32,000 bases of DNA from Fibrobacter succinogenes subsp. succinogenes S85. GTDB taxonomy: Bacteria; Fibrobacterota; Fibrobacteria; Fibrobacterales; Fibrobacteraceae. Of the stretch, positions 14,592-23,518 are shown in pieces; within the stretch, counting starts at the first letter, position 1, and the number at the start of each line of letters is the position of its first letter. The position numbers were made by a program, and so were the translations under genes. Where the stretch lies: NCBI RefSeq assembly GCF_000146505.1, contig NC_017448.1:3210001-3242000 (forward strand). The letters run 5' to 3'. The notes under the pieces were generated by a model. It was not told where the DNA came from. It saw nothing but the letters and a program-made list of their open reading frames with translations, and made no database searches.

Positions 14592-16043
14592 ATGATTCGC
14601 GCAACTACTATGGAACGAATTCTCTTAATCCTCTCGGATTTTGCCGCTTTGTCGATTTGTTTCGCCTTGGCGTTTTGGGTTCAGTTCCATAGTGGCCTTA
14701 TCGTAGACAAGTTCGACCCGACCAAGACGTTTGATAGCTATTGGCAGTACGGCCTTGTCTTGAATATCGGGTGGCTAACCTTGTTTGCCTTTGCCGGATT
14801 GTATCGTTCCTGGCTTTTGTTATCAAGAACACACCAGGTCTTGCGCGTTCTCCGTGCGGTTGTCATTGGTGTGGTCTTGGTGATTGTCTGTCTGTTCGGT
14901 GCCGAGTTCATGGGGAAGGTCTTTACGAACCAACCGCTCAATGAAGGCTATCTCTATGGTTCCCGGTTCCCGTGGATATTTATATATGGCGGACTTGCCA
15001 TTTTGCTTGTCGGCTTGTTCCGCATGTTTATCTATATCTTCTTGCGTGCTCTGCTCCGTAAGGGCTATGGAGCGAACAATATCCTTGTGCTTGGCGCTAC
15101 CGAAGCGGGTAAAAAGATTGCTCGTGATCTGGCGAAGACTCCGGCTCGTGGTCAGCGCGTTGTGGGCTTTGTCGATGAACGCTACCAGGTCTTGCCGAAA
15201 AAGTTTGCGAAGGTTCCGGTTCTCGGCAAGTATTCCGATTTGCCTGCTCTTGTCAAGAAGTACAAGGTTAGTGGCATTATCATCGCGCACGAAAGTACGT
15301 CTCCGCAAGAGATTATGCGCGTGCTCGTCTGGATTTGCGAACTCCCGCTCCATATTTACATTGTTCCTGAACTTTATAGCGTCGTGAATGGCCGCTTCAA
15401 GGCAAACCTTGTTTACGGTTTTGAATTGCAGGAACTTTTTGCGTTTACGATGCCGCCTTGGCAGGTTCGCGTCAAGCGCATTATCGATATTGCTTTTGGC
15501 TTGTTCCTCGGGCTTTTGTCGCTCCCGGTATGTTTGTTTGCCGCTATTGCGATTAAGCTCGATGACCATGGCCCCATTTTCTATTCGCAGGAACGCATTG
15601 GCCTTTATGGCAAGCCGTTTACAGTTTACAAGTTCCGCACGATGCGTACCGATGCCGAAAAGTTTGGAGCTCAGTGGGCGACCAAGAAGGACCCGCGCAT
15701 CACGCGAATAGGCCGTTTTTTGCGCAAGACCCGTATTGATGAACTTCCGCAGATTCTTTGTGTTTTGAAAGGCGATATGAGCATGGTGGGGCCGCGTCCG
15801 GAACGCGCCGTGTTTATTGGCAAACTCCGTGAACAGATCCCGTTCTACATCAGCCGCCTCAAGATGAAACCGGGCCTCACTGGCTGGGCTCAGGTTTGCC
15901 ACCACTACGATACGAGCATTGAAGATGTGCAGATCAAGCTCCAGTACGACATGTACTATTACGAGAATATGAGCTTGCTTTTGGATTTCCAGATTCTCGT
16001 ACGAACCGTTTATGTTGTGCTGACAGGCAAGGGTGCTCAATAG
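14592..16043 (+). CDS. Large (WbaP/CpsE-type) polyprenyl glycosylphosphotransferase
   Basis: Four to five N-terminal TM helices. Rossmann-like [14 protein letters not shown] segment. C-terminal Bac_transf domain ([24 protein letters not shown]...[23 protein letters not shown]...[10 protein letters not shown]...PGLTGWAQV). ATG 14592 is preceded by AAAGG; the ORF track's TTG 14586 is less likely. The start lies 13 nt after the hom stop. Confidence 0.9.
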   Translation: MIRATTMERILLILSDFAALSICFALAFWVQFHSGLIVDKFDPTKTFDSYWQYGLVLNIGWLTLFAFAGLYRSWLLLSRTHQVLRVLRAVVIGVVLVIVCLFGAEFMGKVFTNQPLNEGYLYGSRFPWIFIYGGLAILLVGLFRMFIYIFLRALLRKGYGANNILVLGATEAGKKIARDLAKTPARGQRVVGFVDERYQVLPKKFAKVPVLGKYSDLPALVKKYKVSGIIIAHESTSPQEIMRVLVWICELPLHIYIVPELYSVVNGRFKANLVYGFELQELFAFTMPPWQVRVKRIIDIAFGLFLGLLSLPVCLFAAIAIKLDDHGPIFYSQERIGLYGKPFTVYKFRTMRTDAEKFGAQWATKKDPRITRIGRFLRKTRIDELPQILCVLKGDMSMVGPRPERAVFIGKLREQIPFYISRLKMKPGLTGWAQVCHHYDTSIEDVQIKLQYDMYYYENMSLLLDFQILVRTVYVVLTGKGAQ

Positions 16044-16045
16044 CA

Positions 16046-16087
16046 ACTGCCTACTAATCACCAACCACTAACCACTAATTACTAATC
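16046..16087 (+). repeat. Tandem heptamer array filling the whole PGT-nadC spacer
   Basis: ACTGCCT ACTAATC ACCAACC ACTAACC ACTAATT ACTAATC, immediately followed by the nadC ATG. Confidence 0.9.
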
Positions 16088-16951
16088 ATGTACGGCGATA
16101 ATTCTACTCCAGTATTCCCAACCGAAGATGCTTTGACCATGATCCGCCTCGCATTGGCGGAAGACGTTCGCACGGGCGACGTGACCAGTGAATGGACCAT
16201 CCCCGCGGACCAGAAACAGCATGCCCGCCTCATCGCCAAAGAAGATGGCGTGCTCGCCGGCCTCCCGATTATTGAACTCGTGTTCCAGGAACTCAAGGCA
16301 AACGCCAAGGTGACGCTCCACAAGAATGATGGTGACGTCGTGAAGAAAGGCGACCTGATTGCCGAACTTGATGGCACGACTCATGAACTTTTGACGGGCG
16401 AACGTACGCTCTTGAACTTCATCCAGCAGCTCTCTGGTGTGGCAACGGTTGCTCACACGTTCCAGGAAGCCTTGAAGGGCGGTAAGACCAAGGTTCTCGA
16501 CACCCGCAAGACGATTCCGGGTTTCCGCACTTTGCAGAAGTACGCCGTTCGCGTCGGTGGTGGTTCCAATCACCGCATGGGCCTCTTTGATATGGTGCTC
16601 GTGAAGGACAATCACATTGCAGCTGCTGGTGGCGTGCTCGAAGCTCTCGAAGTCGTCAAGAAGAACAACAAGCAGGGCTTGATGGTTGAAATGGAAGTTG
16701 AAAATTTTGACCAGCTCCGCGCTCTCCTCAATAAGGGCGTTGACGTCATTATGCTCGACAACATGAGCAACGAAATGATGGCCGAAGCTTTGAAGATTAT
16801 CAAGGAAAGCGGCGACAAGTGCCTCGTGGAAGGTTCTGGCAACATGACGCTCGAACGTGCGAAGCAGATTGCAACGCTCGGTCTTGACTTCATCTCTGTC
16901 GGTGCTCTCACGCACAGCGTCAAAGCCCTTGACATCTCGATGAGAATTTAA
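16088..16951 (+). CDS. nadC: Nicotinate-nucleotide pyrophosphorylase (quinolinate phosphoribosyltransferase)
   Basis: LAEDVRTGDVTS, GERTLLNFIQQLSGVAT, DTRKTIPGFRTLQKYAVRVGGGSNHRMGLFDMVLVKDNH. A possible alternative start is Met18. Confidence 0.93.
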   Translation: MYGDNSTPVFPTEDALTMIRLALAEDVRTGDVTSEWTIPADQKQHARLIAKEDGVLAGLPIIELVFQELKANAKVTLHKNDGDVVKKGDLIAELDGTTHELLTGERTLLNFIQQLSGVATVAHTFQEALKGGKTKVLDTRKTIPGFRTLQKYAVRVGGGSNHRMGLFDMVLVKDNHIAAAGGVLEALEVVKKNNKQGLMVEMEVENFDQLRALLNKGVDVIMLDNMSNEMMAEALKIIKESGDKCLVEGSGNMTLERAKQIATLGLDFISVGALTHSVKALDISMRI

Positions 16952-16960
16952 TTTGAATTT

Positions 16961-17039
16961 GTCATGGCGGGATTGCCCCGCCATCTAGCTGTCATGCTTA
17001 CAGCAGAATTGTCATGCCCGCCACCGAGCGGGCATCTCC
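16961..17039. repeat. Cluster of three family 3 GTCAT units (two with strong hairpins)
   Basis: GTCATGGCGGG-ATTGC-CCCGCCATC (16961-16985), GTCATGCTTACAGCAG (16991-), GTCATGCCCGC-CACCGA-GCGGGCATCTCC (17011-17039). Confidence 0.9.
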
Positions 17040-17094
17040 TTTATTATTCTCCTTTACTATATTTCTTACATCTTGACGCTTTATGGGAGTTTTT

Positions 17095-18030
17095 ATGCGT
17101 TGTTTAGTTACTGGTGGTGCTGGATTCTTAGGAAGTCACCTTTGCGAAAGACTTTTGAATGACGGACACGAGGTCATTTGCCTGGACAATTACTTCACAG
17201 GCCGTATGGCTAACGTAGCCCACCTGCGTGACAACCGCAATTTTGAACTCATCCGTCACGATGTGACCGAACCGATTCTTTTGGAAGTGGACCGCATTTT
17301 CAACTTGGCATGCCCTGCAAGCCCGATTCATTACCAGTTCAATCCGGTAAAGACCATCAAGACGAGTGTCATGGGCGCCATCAACATGCTCGGCCTTGCA
17401 AAGCGCGTTAAAGCCCGCATCTTGCAGGCTTCTACAAGCGAAGTCTATGGCGACCCGGCAGTGCATCCGCAGACCGAAGACTACTGGGGAAATGTGAACC
17501 CCATCGGCATCCGCAGCTGCTATGACGAAGGCAAGCGCGTCGCTGAAACGCTCTTCATGGATTACCACCGCCAGAACAAGGTTGACATCCGCATTGTCCG
17601 CATTTTTAATACGTACGGCCCGCGCATGCTCCCGAACGACGGCCGCGTTGTTTCAAACTTCATCGTCCAGGCGCTCAATGGCGAAGACCTCACCATCTAC
17701 GGCGACGGCAGCCAGACCCGCAGCTTTTGCTACGTGGACGACCTCATTGAAGGCTTTGTCCGCATGATGAACCAGGATAAGATTATCGGACCGGTCAACA
17801 TCGGCAATCCTGGTGAATTCACGATGCTTGAACTTGCGAAGGAAGTGCTTGAACTCACGGGTTCCAAGAGCAAGATTGTCTACAAGCCGCTCCCGGGCGA
17901 TGACCCGAAGATGCGCCGTCCGGACATCACGCTTGCCAAGAGCGCTCTCAAGTGGGAACCGACAATCCCGCTTCGTCAGGGGCTTGAAAAGACTATCGTC
18001 TACTTTGATAACTTGCTCAAGTCAAAGTAA
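17095..18030 (+). CDS. uxs: UDP-glucuronate decarboxylase (UDP-xylose synthase), SDR family
   Basis: [55 protein letters not shown]...[15 protein letters not shown] 17095 sits 5 nt after GGGAG; the ORF-track start 17083 overlaps that Shine-Dalgarno. Confidence 0.93.
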   Translation: MRCLVTGGAGFLGSHLCERLLNDGHEVICLDNYFTGRMANVAHLRDNRNFELIRHDVTEPILLEVDRIFNLACPASPIHYQFNPVKTIKTSVMGAINMLGLAKRVKARILQASTSEVYGDPAVHPQTEDYWGNVNPIGIRSCYDEGKRVAETLFMDYHRQNKVDIRIVRIFNTYGPRMLPNDGRVVSNFIVQALNGEDLTIYGDGSQTRSFCYVDDLIEGFVRMMNQDKIIGPVNIGNPGEFTMLELAKEVLELTGSKSKIVYKPLPGDDPKMRRPDITLAKSALKWEPTIPLRQGLEKTIVYFDNLLKSK

Positions 18031-18069
18031 CCATTTATCTTAAATATTTGTCGTTCATTCTCTACTTTA

Positions 18070-18101
18070 GGGGAGTCGTCAAGACTCCTCTTTAAATTTT
18101 T
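18070..18101 (+). terminator. Intrinsic terminator after uxs
   Basis: GGGGAGTC-GTCAA-GACTCCTC followed by TTTAAATTTTT. Confidence 0.7.
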
Positions 18102-18139
18102 CGATAAAGTTTTAGCTTTGACGAAAAAGAGAGGGTAAA

Positions 18140-19621
18140 ATGCTTCGCAAGTTGTTGTCATCGCTATTGTTTTTGTCTGTAGCCGCTTTGAGCGCTCCCT
18201 TATTTTCTGACCAAACTATTTCTGAAGATTCTATCAATGTCGCTTACACAGTAACGAATACGACGTTTGAAGACACGGTTGACATCAATGCTCTAGAAAA
18301 GCCCAAAGAAGTTTCTCCGCTTATCGTCTTAGGCGAAGTCTTTGGGTTCAATGGATTTATCTGGGCGTGGGACCGTTATGTTTTGGACAAAGGTTATGCG
18401 CGTACAGGGCCGAGTTACTGGAAACGCAATTTTAAGGAAGGCTGGGAATGGGACCACAATCATTGGGCGATTAACTTTTATGGGCATCCGTATCAGGGCG
18501 CGACTTATTACAACTTTGCTCGTGGCGCGGGCTATGGATTTTATGGAAGTCTGTTGTTTACTGCGCTTGGAAGCTACACGTGGGAAATGTTTGCCGAGAC
18601 AGAATACCCATCCATTAACGACTTGATTGCGACCTCAATTGGAGGCGCCGTCTATGGCGAAGTCCTCTACAGGCTTTCACGAAAACTTTATGGCGTTGAT
18701 GAATCTGCCTGGTACAATCAGGTCGGTGCATTTGGGATGGCGCATTCCGCTTACTTGCAAAGGAAAATGTTCGGTAACCGCGATGTCATTACGGGCAACA
18801 CTCCGATGGATCTGTCCATTTTCTTGGGTACAGGCTCTCATTTCGGAAACATCTATCGCTATGGTGGCCGCAATGAGGATGACTTGGATCAACGTTGGGA
18901 TGATAAACATGTCATGTACGGTGCTGAAATTGAATACGGCAAGCCGTTCCGGAAGGTCAAGCGTCCGTTTGATTATTTCACTTTACTCACTCGCGGTGAA
19001 GTCGGCCCAGATGGGACTCTTTTCCAACTTGATGTGACTGGCAAGCTCACGAATGCCGGTGTTCATGGGCGTGGACATTGGGTGGATTTTGCGACGTATC
19101 TCGACTATTGCACGTTCTATGGAGACTTCGCGACTGTCGGCACAATCTCTGTCGGTACGGGCATTGACTTTTCGCTTTGGCTTTTGCCTTCGTTACGTTT
19201 CCGCATGTACCACCAGATTTACTTCATCTTGCTTGGTACGACGGACATGGGCTACGATGACTTGATTCGTGAAGTGCATCCGGAATATGAATCGGATATG
19301 GACAATTACCAGTACAATATGGGTGCAAAGTATGTGTTGGGGATTGAAATCTCGATTGGGAAAAAGTTCCGCTTCAATAACAAGACGATTGTCGATGCGC
19401 TGCATACGATTCCAGGTTCGCTACCGCACTATGGCGCCGATGGCTGGGACATGTTGTTGATGAACTACACCTCGGCAGAATACGATTTGACGGATAAAAT
19501 TGCTATGGGCGGTCGTTTTGACACTTATGCTAAGGTTGCCGCTTACTCCTCCGAATTCTTTGAACCCATGAGCCGCGGCGTCTTTGCATACACCCTGTAC
19601 TTCAGCTATAAACTGTTCTAA
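18140..19621 (+). CDS. Secreted protein: N-terminal DUF3943-like region, C-terminal beta-barrel-like region ending in Phe
   Basis: Signal peptide LLFLSVAALSAP. WEWDHNHWAINFYGHPYQGATYYNFARGAGY...GSYTWEMFAETEYPSINDLIATSIGGAVYGE matches my recollection of DUF3943. The C-terminus has an alternating-hydrophobic pattern and a terminal ...YKLF, typical of outer-membrane barrels. Confidence 0.6.
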   Translation: MLRKLLSSLLFLSVAALSAPLFSDQTISEDSINVAYTVTNTTFEDTVDINALEKPKEVSPLIVLGEVFGFNGFIWAWDRYVLDKGYARTGPSYWKRNFKEGWEWDHNHWAINFYGHPYQGATYYNFARGAGYGFYGSLLFTALGSYTWEMFAETEYPSINDLIATSIGGAVYGEVLYRLSRKLYGVDESAWYNQVGAFGMAHSAYLQRKMFGNRDVITGNTPMDLSIFLGTGSHFGNIYRYGGRNEDDLDQRWDDKHVMYGAEIEYGKPFRKVKRPFDYFTLLTRGEVGPDGTLFQLDVTGKLTNAGVHGRGHWVDFATYLDYCTFYGDFATVGTISVGTGIDFSLWLLPSLRFRMYHQIYFILLGTTDMGYDDLIREVHPEYESDMDNYQYNMGAKYVLGIEISIGKKFRFNNKTIVDALHTIPGSLPHYGADGWDMLLMNYTSAEYDLTDKIAMGGRFDTYAKVAAYSSEFFEPMSRGVFAYTLYFSYKLF

Positions 19622-19633
19622 AAAAACTATAAC

Positions 19634-19653
19634 CTCTAGTCTTTCGTCTAAGG
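19634..19653 (-). repeat. Family 4 word repeat, short copy
   Basis: The reverse complement is CCTTAGACGAAAGACTAGAG; compare CAGACGAAAGACGAGAG at 818-838. Confidence 0.7.
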
Positions 19654-19693
19654 AATTGACGCGAGACCAACATTTTACTAAGATATCAATATA

Positions 19694-20593
19694 ATGAATG
19701 ACCTTCCTTTTCATAAGAATGCGAATATCCGCACTGCGGATTTTTCGATGCTGAATTTTTTGCGTCAAGCAAACGTGTTGCCCGATAAGATTGCAATGAT
19801 CACCAGCCTCAAGGAATTCGGGCTTGAAAATTATGTAAAAGTCCAGGCGGCGGTGCTCCTCTTGGTGAAACGCGGTTCCGTGGACGTTGAACTTGACCTT
19901 AAGACTTACCACCTTGAAGCGGGTGCCTTGTTCGTCGTGTTCCCGGAACAGGTGCTGCGAGCCAAGAAGGCTTCTGCCGATTTTGAACCGGTGTGCATTG
20001 CGTGCTCCAAGAACATGATCGATGAATTGATCATTCGTTTTGACGATAATACGCGGCTCATTTTGCGCTATCGTGAAAATCCTTTACAGCAGCTTGATAA
20101 AGTTAAGTTTGATCAACTGAATGCAAGCTTTGAATTCTTGAAGAAAAAGTTTGAAACGACGGAAACGAACGCTTGCCGTTTGCAGGTTCTCAAGAATCAT
20201 TTGATTGCGCTTTTGTATGAGTGCATTGGAATTGTAGACGAGCCTATTGCTACGGATGTGGTCAAAAGTCGTGGTCAGGTGCTATTTGCGCAGTTTATAG
20301 ACCTCGTTGTCGAACATCATCGCGAACAGCATTCCGTGAAGTTTTACGCCGATGAACTCGGCATCACGCCGAAGTACCTCTCTGCCGTTGCCGAAGAGCA
20401 GACCGGGAAGAATGCCAAGCGTTGGATTGACGAACATATTGCGCTTGATGCCAAGGTGCTGTTGCGCTCGTCTTCTAGAGACATCCAGAAGGTCTCCAAG
20501 ATTCTGAACTTCCCGGATGTTTCGTTCTTTGGAAAATTCTTCAAGCGCCTCGTCGGCGTTTCGCCCAAAGCCTACCGCAAAACGACGGATTGA
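19694..20593 (+). CDS. AraC-family transcriptional regulator
   Basis: C-terminal double HTH: HSVKFYADELGITPKYLSAVAEEQTGKNAKRWIDEHIALDAKVLL...IQKVSKILNFPDVSFFGKFFKRLVGVSPKAYRK. Confidence 0.9.
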   Translation: MNDLPFHKNANIRTADFSMLNFLRQANVLPDKIAMITSLKEFGLENYVKVQAAVLLLVKRGSVDVELDLKTYHLEAGALFVVFPEQVLRAKKASADFEPVCIACSKNMIDELIIRFDDNTRLILRYRENPLQQLDKVKFDQLNASFEFLKKKFETTETNACRLQVLKNHLIALLYECIGIVDEPIATDVVKSRGQVLFAQFIDLVVEHHREQHSVKFYADELGITPKYLSAVAEEQTGKNAKRWIDEHIALDAKVLLRSSSRDIQKVSKILNFPDVSFFGKFFKRLVGVSPKAYRKTTD

Positions 20594-20621
20594 TTTAGAT
20601 GAAAGAACGCTCGCTCTGCTC

Positions 20622-20644
20622 GCTACAGACGAGAGACGAAAGAG
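20622..20644 (+). repeat. Family 4 word repeat (ACGARAG heptads)
   Basis: GCTACAG ACGAGAG ACGAAAG AG. 19/21 identical to the reverse complement of 818-838. Confidence 0.85.
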
Positions 20645-20671
20645 TTTATTCTGTAAAATCAAAAATTTTAT

Positions 20672-20700
20672 TATTCCCGGCTCGCCCGGGAATTTCCTTT
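20672..20700. terminator. Hairpin between convergent genes (family 3 variant); probable terminator for the AraC gene
   Basis: ATTCCCGG-CTCGC-CCGGGAAT followed by TTCCTTTT on the plus strand. Confidence 0.5.
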
Positions 20701-20703
20701 TAA

Positions 20704-21390
20704 TTAAACCTTCATCGCATCGACTTGATTGACGATTGTGGTAACGGCTTCGATGTACTTGTTGATGTTTGACACAATCACGTTGTTGTCATTGGTCATA
20801 TTAGGGATGCGCACGCCCGGGAACATTTCGTAAACTTGTTCGTGACTCTCGGGGTAATTGCCTGTTGAAAGGTAATAGACACCGTAAAGCAAGGGGAGGA
20901 GTGTCGTTGCAGAACGCACGTAAATCCCGTGCGGATTACGGTCTTCCTTGAGGTAAAGAAATGCACGGCGCAAATGTACGAGCAGTCCACGCAGTTCGCG
21001 TTCGCATTCGATGCGCAGTTCCGCGAGGTTCGGGCTGAAATCTGCAAGCGGCGCTTCGCCGCACAGCGTCACGTTCTTGCTCTTGATGTGCAAGAATTCT
21101 AGCGGGAACACGTCCTGCGAAGACTTGATTTCAAAACGGCTGAACACGTGGTTGAACACGATATTTTCGTGCTTTGCTTTTGCTGTGAGCTTCTGCAAGG
21201 GGAGCATGTCTTCGACGGAGTTGGACTTTAAAATAAAGCTCACAGTCCACGGGGATTCCAGCGCAGAAAATCCTTCCATAAGGCAATCGCCATGAACGAA
21301 TGCTGAAATGAGATTGTCGCCGAGCGCTTCTTCAAAGAGCTTCGGCCATTCCGAATTCTGAAATTCTGCAACGCTTAAAATCTTTCTCAT
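20704..21390 (-). CDS. Hypothetical cytoplasmic protein, possibly a degenerate nucleotidyltransferase-fold protein
   Basis: 228 aa with no signal peptide. GAGG Shine-Dalgarno 8 nt upstream; the start lies 15 nt after the TPM gene stop. AFVHGDCLMEGF...SPWTVSFIL loosely resembles the G[SD]...[DE]xD strand pair of KNTase-like NTases, but the acidic pair is absent. Weak call. Confidence 0.5.
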   Translation of the reverse strand: MRKILSVAEFQNSEWPKLFEEALGDNLISAFVHGDCLMEGFSALESPWTVSFILKSNSVEDMLPLQKLTAKAKHENIVFNHVFSRFEIKSSQDVFPLEFLHIKSKNVTLCGEAPLADFSPNLAELRIECERELRGLLVHLRRAFLYLKEDRNPHGIYVRSATTLLPLLYGVYYLSTGNYPESHEQVYEMFPGVRIPNMTNDNNVIVSNINKYIEAVTTIVNQVDAMKV

Positions 21391-21405
21391 AAAGGAACCT
21401 CTAAA

Positions 21406-22203
21406 TTACCAGCTTCCGCCGGAGCCGCCACCGCCAAAGTGGCCTCCACCAAATCCACCGCCGAAACCGCCGCCAAAGCCGCCTCCTCCGCTCCCAAAGC
21501 CACCGCCAAAACCACCGCGGTGGTGGCCACGACTGCTGTTGCTGAGGGCGTTCCCAAGCAAGAACCAAAGGCATCCGTTTCCGCGACCGCCGCCATTCTT
21601 CGCGACGAGCAGGAACAGAATCACGAAAATAAGGAGAGAGAGTCCGTCCAACCAGTTATCATCTTCTTGCGGGAGCTGGTCAGTGTTGACCTCAAGAGTG
21701 ATTCCTTTTTCCTTGGCAACGACTTGTGCAATTTCCCAGGCAAGCTGCATCACGCCTTGGCCGTACTTTTCAACTCTGAAAGCCGGGACAATCGTCTTTT
21801 GCTGGAGTCGTTCCACGAGTACATCGGGCAAGTAACCTTCGGCACCATAGCCGACTTCAACACTGCGCTTATGCTGCTTCATCGCCGCAAAAATCAGGAC
21901 GCCTTCGTTCGATTTGCCACCAATGCCCCAGCTTTCGGCGATGTTCAATGCGTAATCTCTAAAGTCAGCAAAGCCGATGTCATGGATGAGTGCGACAGCA
22001 AGTCCAAAGCCCGCCTTCTTGTAAAGCTCTTCAGAAAGCGTGTTGATGAACTGCACCTCTTGTTTTGAAATCAAGCGGTCTTCATCGTACACGTAACTGT
22101 TCTGCGGGCGCTTGGGGAGCCCCGCCTTGTTCACTTTAAAACCTGCCGCAACCGGGATGGCGAGCAACAGAATGAACAGTATTGATAAAATTCTTTTTTG
22201 CAT
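21406..22203 (-). CDS. TPM-domain (YgcG-like) membrane protein with Gly-rich C-terminal tail
   Basis: Signal peptide. TPM-like core (VYDEDRLISKQEVQFINTLSEELYKKAGFGLAVALI...NEGVLIFAAMKQHKRSVEVGYGAEGYLPD). TM helix, then GGFGGGFGSGGGGFGGGFGGGFGGGHFGGGGSGGSW, the typical YgcG-type ending. Confidence 0.85.
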   Translation of the reverse strand: MQKRILSILFILLLAIPVAAGFKVNKAGLPKRPQNSYVYDEDRLISKQEVQFINTLSEELYKKAGFGLAVALIHDIGFADFRDYALNIAESWGIGGKSNEGVLIFAAMKQHKRSVEVGYGAEGYLPDVLVERLQQKTIVPAFRVEKYGQGVMQLAWEIAQVVAKEKGITLEVNTDQLPQEDDNWLDGLSLLIFVILFLLVAKNGGGRGNGCLWFLLGNALSNSSRGHHRGGFGGGFGSGGGGFGGGFGGGFGGGHFGGGGSGGSW

Positions 22204-22230
22204 AGAAAAAAGCCGCTTTGCCGCGGCTTC
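22204..22230 (-). terminator. Terminator-like hairpin plus T-tract ending 2 nt before the TPM gene ATG
   Basis: Minus strand: AAGCCGC-GGCAAA-GCGGCTT-TTTTCT-ATG. Confidence 0.5.
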
Positions 22231-22249
22231 GTAAAGATAATAAAGTTAT

Positions 22250-22301
22250 CTAAGTTCTAAGAGCGCAGCGGTCTAAGTTCTACCAACTGCGCCTCCGGCG
22301 C
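22250..22301. repeat. 52-nt family 1 element, copy 2 (ends next to the stop codon of 22302..23516)
   Basis: CTAAGTTCTAAGAGCGCAGCGGTCTAAGTTCTACCAACTGCGCCTCCGGCGC. Confidence 0.95.
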
Positions 22302-23516
22302 CTACTTGCAGAGCGGCAACAGCTGCTTCTGGAGAGGGCTAAAGTCCGTCTTCTTGATAGCGCTGATGGTTGCATCAACTTCATTCTTGCCGACACCTTT
22401 TGCCGTTGTGAAAAAGTTGACCTTGTCGCCCTTGATAGAGATGGTAAAGTCAAAAGACGAAATGAACCCGAGCCTGCCTCTAAAGGTGTTTTCAATTTCT
22501 ACGCTGAGCTCCGGTGCTGCAATTTCTTCATCGTCTGTAGCAAAGATGGATTTTTTAGAAAGAGCATTTTCAAGAGCGCTGCAAGCGTTTGCAATCATGT
22601 CGCAGTTTAGCTTGACTTCACAACGGGAAAGCTTCACGCGGTAAGGAACTTCAAGAGCGTTCTTCAAACCTGCTTTTTTTAAAATTTCAAGCGGGAAGTT
22701 CGGTTCCACGATAATCACGTATGGGCCTTTTTCGTAGTTCACGTTGCGTAACTTGAACGTAGCGATTCCATTCTTCTGCGTGCGTCGTTCCGAAAGCGTC
22801 TTGCTCTGGCGAGCGACAAGCGGGAAGCTTGGCACAGGGCCGATGGAGTCCTTGACAACGACATTCCAGGAAGGCATTTCGGCCTTGGTCAATTCAAAGT
22901 TCGGTTCTGTTGTCGTTGTAATCGTGATATTCGAAAGCCTTTCGATGAGCAACTTTTCAATTTCCGGAAGTCCGTGTTCCAAACGGTGGCTGTCGTTGAG
23001 CGGATAGATATCGGCGAGTTGGAGCAAGTAGAAATTGTATTCGTTGACCTTGTCTTCCGCCTTTTCCAAATCGTTAGCCGCATTGATATAAACGCGGGTA
23101 TCAATTGCCTTTCTGGATGACTTTTCAAGCTTTGCAATTTCTTGCTTTAAAGTCTTTAAACGGAATTGGAGGCTTGCCGTAAACTCGTCCATGTCGAGAG
23201 TTGCGGTAGCCTTGAAGCCTTTATCCACTTTTACAGGAGTCACCTTGACGCCTTTCAAGACGACGTTGCTCTTGACATTGCTCTTGGACCTGTACGTTTC
23301 ACCGAGGACGCTCTTGCCATCGTTGATGTCTTCGTACTTGGTCAGAGTTTGAGTGGCGCTAACTTGGGACTTGATCTGCTTTGCGACGCCTGCCATGGCT
23401 GTATTGTTCGCATCTTCTTGCGATACTGTGGAGGTGGCGGTGTAGGTGACGATTTTCCCTGCCATCGCCGGGATTACAGCAAGACACGCACAAAGGATAA
23501 GGCTTCTGATATTCAT
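22302..23516 (-). CDS. Secreted protein with LPP20-like N- and C-terminal segments, a coiled coil and a beta-rich middle
   Basis: Signal peptide ...AVIPAMA|GK. QEDANNTAMAGVAKQIKSQVSA and TTAKGVGKNEVDATISAIKK resemble the LPP20-type pattern. Heptad-like region LQFRLKTLKQEIAKLEKSS. The start lies 2 nt after the upstream gene's stop. Confidence 0.65.
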   Translation of the reverse strand: MNIRSLILCACLAVIPAMAGKIVTYTATSTVSQEDANNTAMAGVAKQIKSQVSATQTLTKYEDINDGKSVLGETYRSKSNVKSNVVLKGVKVTPVKVDKGFKATATLDMDEFTASLQFRLKTLKQEIAKLEKSSRKAIDTRVYINAANDLEKAEDKVNEYNFYLLQLADIYPLNDSHRLEHGLPEIEKLLIERLSNITITTTTEPNFELTKAEMPSWNVVVKDSIGPVPSFPLVARQSKTLSERRTQKNGIATFKLRNVNYEKGPYVIIVEPNFPLEILKKAGLKNALEVPYRVKLSRCEVKLNCDMIANACSALENALSKKSIFATDDEEIAAPELSVEIENTFRGRLGFISSFDFTISIKGDKVNFFTTAKGVGKNEVDATISAIKKTDFSPLQKQLLPLCK

Positions 23517-23518
23517 TA

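Noticed and set aside
19656-19684. Sigma70-like promoter for the AraC gene (TTGACG, 17-nt spacer, TAAGAT).
   Set aside because: It would leave a leader of only ~3 nt. A TATAAT also overlaps the start codon. It is too ambiguous to call without start-site data.
21387-21596. 69-aa Ala-rich ORF, and the ORFs at 21439..22068 and 21539..21835, overlapping the TPM gene.
   Set aside because: These are alternative-frame or antisense readings of the Gly-rich (GGN)n tail and TPM coding region. The TPM frame has clear family features.
22262-22301. tRNA-like sequence. The minus-strand reading GCGCAGTTGGTAGAAC of family 1 resembles a tRNA D-arm (GCTCAGTTGGTAGAGC).
   Set aside because: There is no acceptor stem, no T-arm (GTTCRANYC) and no coherent anticodon arm. 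The resemblance is confined to about 16 nt.
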